A stretch of 64,000 bases of DNA, taken from the human T2T-CHM13v2.0 reference genome, Homo sapiens. The DNA lies in the NCBI RefSeq assembly GCF_009914755.1, contig NC_060925.1; one strand, 5' to 3'. Made by a program: the position numbers and the translations under genes. Of this stretch, positions 52,470 through 64,000 are shown in pieces (the stretch's first letter is position 1; each line of letters starts with the position of its first letter). The notes under the pieces were generated by a model that was given only the letters and a program-made list of their open reading frames with translations, was not told the DNA's origin and ran no database searches.

Positions 52470-54110
<1,641 letters not shown>

Positions 54111-54299
54111 AGTCCAGGGAGACTGAGTGGAGGTGGAGTTGAGGGGCTCCAGTACTATCTAATCTCCCCTTGCAAAAACTGGGGGTGGAAAGTCCATGGG
54201 GAGAGAGATCTGGAGCAGGCTTAGGGCGGTGGGAGTCTGAATTGCCCTCATTTCCCTTTCTGCTCAGCCCTGGTGGGGAAGGTGCTGGGAAGGGGAGCC

Positions 54300-54870
54300 A
54301 GGCGTCACTGCCCCACTGCTACAATTAGCTGAGCCTTTCATTCTCCCTCTACAAAGAGGAGAGAGAAAATCAAAGGGAGATAAAAGTGAATGTCCCACAA
54401 AGGACATCGAGATGAGGGGGAAGGAAGGGAGGGTGGTGGGAGTGAGAGGCAGAGGCAGAGAGAACGCCCTGCGGCCCAAACAAAAGCCTAAAACCAGCGG
54501 ATCCCAAGCATCAGACGGTAGAGACATAAGGACAGGAAGAGACTGGGCCGCGTGGGGATCGGGCAGCCCATCAGCCAAGGAGGAGAGGGAATGAAGAAAG
54601 ATAAAACGCCTATGTGAATGGCCAGGGAAGAGGGTGGACAGGGACCCCGGATGGAGTGAGGACAAAAGCATGAAAAGACAAGATCGCCACCATCCCGTGA
54701 GCCACTCCACCGGGGCAAAACAAAGAGGAGCTGGAGACAAAGGCAGAGGGAGGAAGGTGGAGAGGGAACAAACTGGTCCTGCATTGGCGACAGGGCTGTC
54801 AGCGTGGGGCTTAGCAGTACATTCTCCAGAGTGGTCAGCTTAGGCTCTGGTGGGAAGAGGTAATCGGGGT
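54300..54870. promoter_or_regulatory. Candidate enhancer: CpG-retaining SOX/TCF motif cluster
   Basis: Repeated ACAAAG/ATCAAAG/ACAAAA on the + strand; 17 CpG in ~570 bp; motif evidence only. Confidence 0.4.
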
Positions 54871-55148
54871 ACTGGCCTATATTTACTGAAAGATTAAATG
54901 AAAGAAATCCTACCTGATTAGGTTTCTTGTTTTTGAACTCTATAGCAGTGGAATTTAAGAAATGAACAAAACAAATACAAGGTAGTCTTGAGCCTTCCAA
55001 CACGTGTGAATTTTGTGTCTGGCTTCTTTTCTGGACATTATGTAGAGTGTAGTGCAGCTAGGTCATTGTGATTGCTGTGTAGTATTCCATTGTGTGAATA
55101 TGCTACCATTTGTTTTCCTATTCTTCTATCTGGTGGAGGATTTTAATT

Positions 55149-55466
55149 CAGGTCCACGATCTCTTATCTGAAACCTTAGGGCTAGATGTGTTTCAGAATT
55201 TTAGTAAGGTAAGATGCACATACCCTGTATTACACAACTCCCAGAGCAAGCTCTGTGGCAGTTCCCTCAAATCAAGCACATTAATATTTCTGCAAGGAAA
55301 TGAATGAAGATTCACCCTATAAATAGCTTCACCTCAGTTCAGGTCAGGTTTTGCTGCCAAATAAGTTCAGGCTAGATCAGGTTATGCCATCAAGTAAGAG
55401 ATGACAGAGTTTTGGTTTTCATGGCTTTTTGGATTTCTGAATTGAGAGTTAGGAATTGTGGACCTG
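55149..55466. mobile_element. Tigger-type MITE (MamRep137-like)
   Basis: Terminal inverted repeats caggtccacgat / attgtggacctg followed by ta. Confidence 0.7.
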
Positions 55467-56544
55467 TATTTTACTAGTTCCCAATAACATTTGCTTTGGA
55501 AATACAGGCAGAAGATGAATTGGATAGTACCTCATGGACATCAGCAAAAATCAGAAGTCAGAAATAATGGCCCCAAGGTGTTTAAGCAGTGAGATGTTGC
55601 CTAGAAGGGCTCTGGAGTTGGTTAAAGGGGGTTTCAAACTCTGCCTTTGTGTGGGAGACCAGGAAGACCCCTGCAGGCTGCTGGCCGCTCAGGTTCCATT
55701 GCCTGGGGCTATTTGAACATTGTAAACCTTTGTTTTTATAACCTCAGCTTCTAATCTCATAAATTGTTGATTGTATTTTTTTGTATAATTTTAAAAGCTT
55801 ATTTATCTCTTTTCTCCTTTTCATCTTTGAGTCCTCTAGTTCTGTTTTACTTATCTTGATCATTCCTTATCTCTATTTTGTTCTTTATGATTTTATATGA
55901 CATTCTTTCATCTCATCTTATCTTCTCGCTTTTACTGTTATTGTGCTGTTTTTTTGTGACTGGCGAAAAACTCCTGGGGTTTGGAGAAGAAGACAGTGGT
56001 AATTTGTCCCCTGACCTCCCTGGGAGCCAGATTCCTCTGTACTTGGGAACGTTTCCTTCCTTAGGGAGATTTCTGTGTGGTGGGGAGCCCCTCAACATTT
56101 AATCTCAAGCCTTGACCAAGCATTGCTCCTGGGACTTTTGAAGCCTTGGTCTCAAAGCAGGAAGCTGTTACAGGTGATGGGGATTTAATTCTGGGCAAAT
56201 ATTTCTTTGTTCTGGAAGACCAGACCCTGGGCCTCAATGACCCAGCATAGATAGCCTTTCCTGGCCCACATATGGGTGGGCCTTAAGAGGCCCACGTCAG
56301 CCTCTTAAGAGCTCAGGAGTGCTCTATGGTGAGGATGCAACAACATGTACCAGTTAATCTTTCCCCTGGTGATAGCAGCTTCTTTTCCATAGGGAGGTAG
56401 AGGGTGTTGTGCCTGTAAATCACAGAGCAACGAGTGAGGATTTGGCCCAGTTCTAGCCATTGCTAGATGGGGCACAGAGAGGAAGCTGCCAGCAGGATAG
56501 CAAGGCATAATATTCTTCCCAGCTTGGCAGAGGTGTCCTTTATT

Positions 56545-56850
<306 letters not shown>

Positions 56851-57947
56851 TGAGCCACCGCTCCTGGCCAGAGGTGCCCTTTACAGCCAGACTAAGAGGA
56901 CCTTAGACACACCCAGGGGCATGCTTTCGTCTCCTCATGAGGCTATGCCAGGTTGAAGAACCCCGACCTTGGGAAATGTATTCCTGTGAGGAGAGAGGCC
57001 GGTTAAACCCTCTGCTCAGAGCTAAGGCAAGGCCTGCTCTGTCCTTTTGTTCTGTAGGGAATGCACATCTGACAATTACCCTAGCTGTGGGCAGATCCTT
57101 AGAAGGATGTGAGACCAGGGAGAAGTGGCCTGAGAGTGCCTTGGGGCTCAGAAGGTCCCCCATAAGAAAGCCTGAAGATCACTCTCTCTCCGAAGGGAGA
57201 AGGCAGGCCTGAGAGGCAAGGAAGCAGACTGGGAACGGGGCCGCAGGGGACTCAGAGCCAGCGTACCTGGTCATTGCAGGAACACACACATCTCCACGTT
57301 CCAAAGCCCCTCTGAGGGGCCCAGGTCTTCACTCAGATTGTCTGAACAGCCCCACCAGATTCCAGCTCGGCCATCAGGAGCAAAGGATCAGCCCGTGTCC
57401 TCACTTAGGACTGAGCAGCAAGGCGAACCCTACCTTCGCGGCCCTCCTCGTGCTGGGTGCAGTTCAGACTGTGGGCTTGGGGGGAACCTGTGGTTGTGCT
57501 TGGCAACCTCCAGAGTTGACTGGCCTTGGAGGGTCTCAGGCTGAGTCGGGGGCTATTTTTAGTTCATTTAATCATTTAGTTGCTTACTGTCTTTTATATC
57601 GTTTTAATAATCTTTTTTATTTCTTTTAATTTACTTTGTCTCTTTTATTGTCTGCTATATTATTTTTTCTCTTCCTGTTTTCTATTTTTTCATCTTAATA
57701 AACTGGATGCTGGGAGTCTAGGCCTCTGGGGAGATCCATGAGGCAGCCCTTGCCCCCAGGCAAATGAAGCCGGATGCTCTGCCCTCTCTGATGGCCCCCA
57801 AATCCCCTTACCAGGCACCTCACATCCCCATTGACTCTGCTGACTCGTAAAAACCTCCACCAGTGGAATTCAGGAGCCCCCAGGCCAGAGTTGTCCCCAG
57901 GGTGATGATAATATATTTACCTACACTTACACACATTTGAAGTATAG

Positions 57948-58271
<324 letters not shown>

Positions 58272-58467
58272 ACCCTTTTGCTATTTTTATAATTAGAAAG
58301 TTAATACATGCTCATCATCAAAAAATATAAATCTAAAAGTGTATGAAGTAGAAAATGTAAGTCCTCTGTTTCCCCCAAATCCTTGGGAGAAACCTTGCTA
58401 AGATAATACATGTGTGGAACTAAATCTGCAGCCTAGATATACACTTACCCATTTAAAATTTGATAGG

Positions 58468-59110
<643 letters not shown>

Positions 59111-59773
59111 ATTGATAGTTAAGGCCAAATTGTCCTTCAGAAATACTAAGCCAATTTATATTTCTACCAACAGTTTAGGAAAGGGTCCCTTTTCCCTTTG
59201 CCTGCACCCTCACCAGCCTTCACCAACACAGCAGCAGGGCTAACCTAGACTTTTGGAAATTGTTCCTGTATCTGCCTACCCTTGTTTACCACCCCACCCC
59301 ATTCTCAGGCTATTGGGATTCAGGGTCGATGGGAATGACTCTCGTCCGTTAATCACCAGGAGATGCAACATCCTTGCTGGGCAAGGCTCCTGCTGTGGAC
59401 TCCTGCTGTGGACTCCCCCCACCGACCAGCACCGTAGGCCAGCTGCTGCCCCTACGAAGGACATGCCAATGAGCTCCCTGCAGTCTTGCAGAAGCAAAAA
59501 CTTGCCCACTCAAGCAGGAGACCCCAGGCATGCTTGAAGGTGGGCAGGTGCCTGTCTTCATGTTCAAGTGGGCAGACACCCACCAAATGCCAAATGTGAG
59601 TCATGCCTGTGAGTCCCTCAGAATTTCTCCCAGATCCTGACCCTCCCACCACATCTAACAGCATCGCGTTGCTCCGGGGAATCCAAGTACTGTGTGTGCG
59701 CCCGGCAGGGGCCTGTGGTTAGGAAGGTGGGTCTTCCTGCCAGCCCACTGCTGCTGGGTGGAGAGTCCAAGGA

Positions 59774-60015
59774 GGGGCAGGGAGGGAGGGAGGTGTTGGT
59801 TGCATAGTCAGCTTCAGAGATACTCCATCTGCAGGTGAGAGAGGACAGATGGGAGGCAGCCCAAGCTAAGGGTAAACAGATGTGGAGATCAGGTGGGACC
59901 AGGTGGAAGAAGCAGCAGAAATGAGGTGAGAGGGTGAGGAGGAAAGCTGGCTGGAAGGAGGCCCCCACATACCCAGGACCTGAGTGCCAGCTAGCTCTTC
60001 AAGTCCAGGCAGCTG
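59774..60015. promoter_or_regulatory. Candidate bHLH/ZEB enhancer: E-box cluster with G4 motif
   Basis: Six CAGRTG-type E-boxes in 59826-59905; motif evidence only. Confidence 0.4.
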
Positions 60016-60199
60016 GTGGAAAGGTGAGAGCTAGTCAGTATCCCAGATAACTGGTTTGACGTTTCCTCTCTGAGTTAATTGAACAGTTAACTTTGGCCAC
60101 AGAAAACAGCCCTGAATTTTATTACTTGGAAGTTAAGACAGACTTTCTCTTTTCCTTCTGCTTCCTCAATGATGTGGCTTTCTGTGAGACAAACCTCCC

Positions 60200-60203
<4 letters not shown>

Positions 60204-60234
<31 letters not shown>
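60204..60234. repeat. (AG)n microsatellite
   Basis: Read directly. Confidence 0.95.
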
Positions 60235-60236
<2 letters not shown>

Positions 60237-60449
60237 TTAGTGGCCATAGTCCATGGCAGCAGGTGCCTGGGTAGACCATCAGGGGCTGCCCAGGTGTGGT
60301 GGGTGAGGGGTCTCTGACATGGGTGAGAGATCCTTTATACCCCGGATGCCTTCACATGGAACAACCTGTCTTTTTTAAGGGGAAGCAATTTGGGTCAACA
60401 AGCATTTATCTAACAATAGACTGGCTTACCCCACACCCATTCTGAACCT

Positions 60450-60875
60450 CCTTTCCCTTACCAGTCTCCACTCTAGAGGCTGGAAAAATGAGTATCTTCT
60501 TTTCTCATCTTCTGTAGCTGTAGGGAACATTTGACAGTGTCCTGGCAGTGAGAGATAGGCAGAAACCTGCTTGGGTTTTGGAGAAGCTTGCTTTTTAATA
60601 AATGGGACAGATGTATCTGGCACCATCCCTTCCTCCTATATCCTGCCTTGAATAGGGATGTGATACCTTGAGCCATGGCATCCACATTGTGACTCTAAGA
60701 AAAAGGCCAAGAAAAATACAGGACATCATCCCCAATATTATTGTGTCCTAAACCAATGCCGGCTACTGACAATATCCAGACTTCTTGCTATTAAAAAAAA
60801 AAATCTCAACTTATTTCATCTCCTACTAGTTGGCTTTTCTGTTTCCTATCATTGAAAAACATTCCTAAGTGACAA
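60450..60875 (+). mobile_element. Old MLT1 (K/L-like) LTR
   Basis: cctgccttgaatagggatgtgat...ccagacttctt...gcttttctgtt...aaacattcctaagtgaca. Confidence 0.55.
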
Positions 60876-61764
60876 ACTTGCTATGGACATTTTCATAAGG
60901 AAGGAAACTTCAAGGAGGCCCTTAGCCTTTACAGTTGAACTGGGAGATGAGTCACCAAGATCCTCTATCTAGGAAAGAAAGTACCTGGAAAGGAGCTCCC
61001 TCCCTCCCTGCCACTGGAGGACCTGGACCTCCTAGCTCTGCTTGGGTGCCACTGTTAGGCTTTCCCCAGATGAAGGGCCCTGCACTGTTCATTTTGTGCA
61101 GGATAAATCCAGGCCCTGGGCTGAGTGCCAAACAAGTGAAAAAGACAGCTTCACCCTGATAGTCCCTCTGCCTCTCTGTCCCCTGAGCATCCCAGATTGT
61201 CCTCTGGAGGCACGTGTGCCTTGAGCCACGGCTGGGGCTCACTCCCAGGACAACGGTACAGCTGCTGCAGAGGCATAGGTTTGTCTGCTCTTGCCCCATC
61301 CTTCCTCCTGGGATCCTCGGAGCACATAACCCCATCTCAAGAGGCTTTCCAGACAAACTCTGGGGATCCAGGCAGCCTGCAAAATAAAAAACAGACCCCA
61401 GAGAATCAGTAGAATGAAACTAAAGTCTTCACTATGCTATCACTTTACTGCCTTTGTTAGGAGATGAAGTAGTTAATCTGGGATAATTGTTCTCTCTCTC
61501 CTTCAAGGGCTCCTCTGCCATCCTCCATTTCAGCTCAGTCTCATCCTTCATTCATTTTTACGGTTTCCATTTCTCCTAAAACCCTGTTAGTTCCTGAGCA
61601 TCCTCTGCCAGCCAGACTTTCCTCCTGAGTTCCAGCCTCAGATATTCAGCTATTGCACAACTGCACCTGGGCTCCATAAACTTATCATGCCTAAAACATA
61701 AGTGTTTCCTGTCCCCAAATCTGCTTCTACCCCTGCATACCTTAATGGCACCAATACCCCCATA

Positions 61765-62830
<1,066 letters not shown>

Positions 62831-62909
62831 TCTTTCAAGGGACTAGAGAGGTGAGAGTTTCGAAGGGGAGGCAGTCTTTTAAAGCAGTTCCCCCATAAAA
62901 ATGTCCTTA

Positions 62910-63999
<1,090 letters not shown>

Positions 64000-64000
64000 G

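Noticed and set aside
54264-55003. Overlapping 158-aa and 171-aa minus-strand ORFs and a 60-aa plus-strand ORF
   Set aside because: Leu/Ser/Pro- or Arg/Gly-rich composition is expected from purine skew; no recognisable protein family

Overview
Primate (human-like) non-coding genomic DNA. No protein-coding gene, tRNA/rRNA gene or CpG-island promoter could be recognised. The window is dominated by interspersed repeats: roughly 65-70 Alu copies or fragments (about 30% of the bases, by eye), old L1M and L2 LINE pieces, many solo LTRs (MaLR MLT1/MST/THE1, MLT2, MER21, MER34/39, MER66, MER68/77-like), DNA-transposon fossils (MER33, MER5A, MER58A, MER81, Tigger13a, MamRep137-like) and a decayed class I endogenous retrovirus gag-pol remnant (about 3.9-6.9 kb, minus strand). 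Nearly all ORFs in the supplied track are Alu, LTR or LINE read-throughs or chance ORFs. The most interesting signals lie in the few repeat-free islands: two same-orientation SOX/TCF-motif clusters (about 24.9-25.2 kb and 54.3-54.8 kb) and a dense CAGRTG E-box cluster beside a G-quadruplex motif (about 59.8 kb). There is also an apparently chimeric MLT2-LTR/MaLR-internal/MLT1-LTR element (27.85-31.18 kb). I found no convincing novel multi-gene system. Repeat family names were recalled from consensus sequences, not obtained by a database search, and most repeat boundaries are approximate (to tens of bp).
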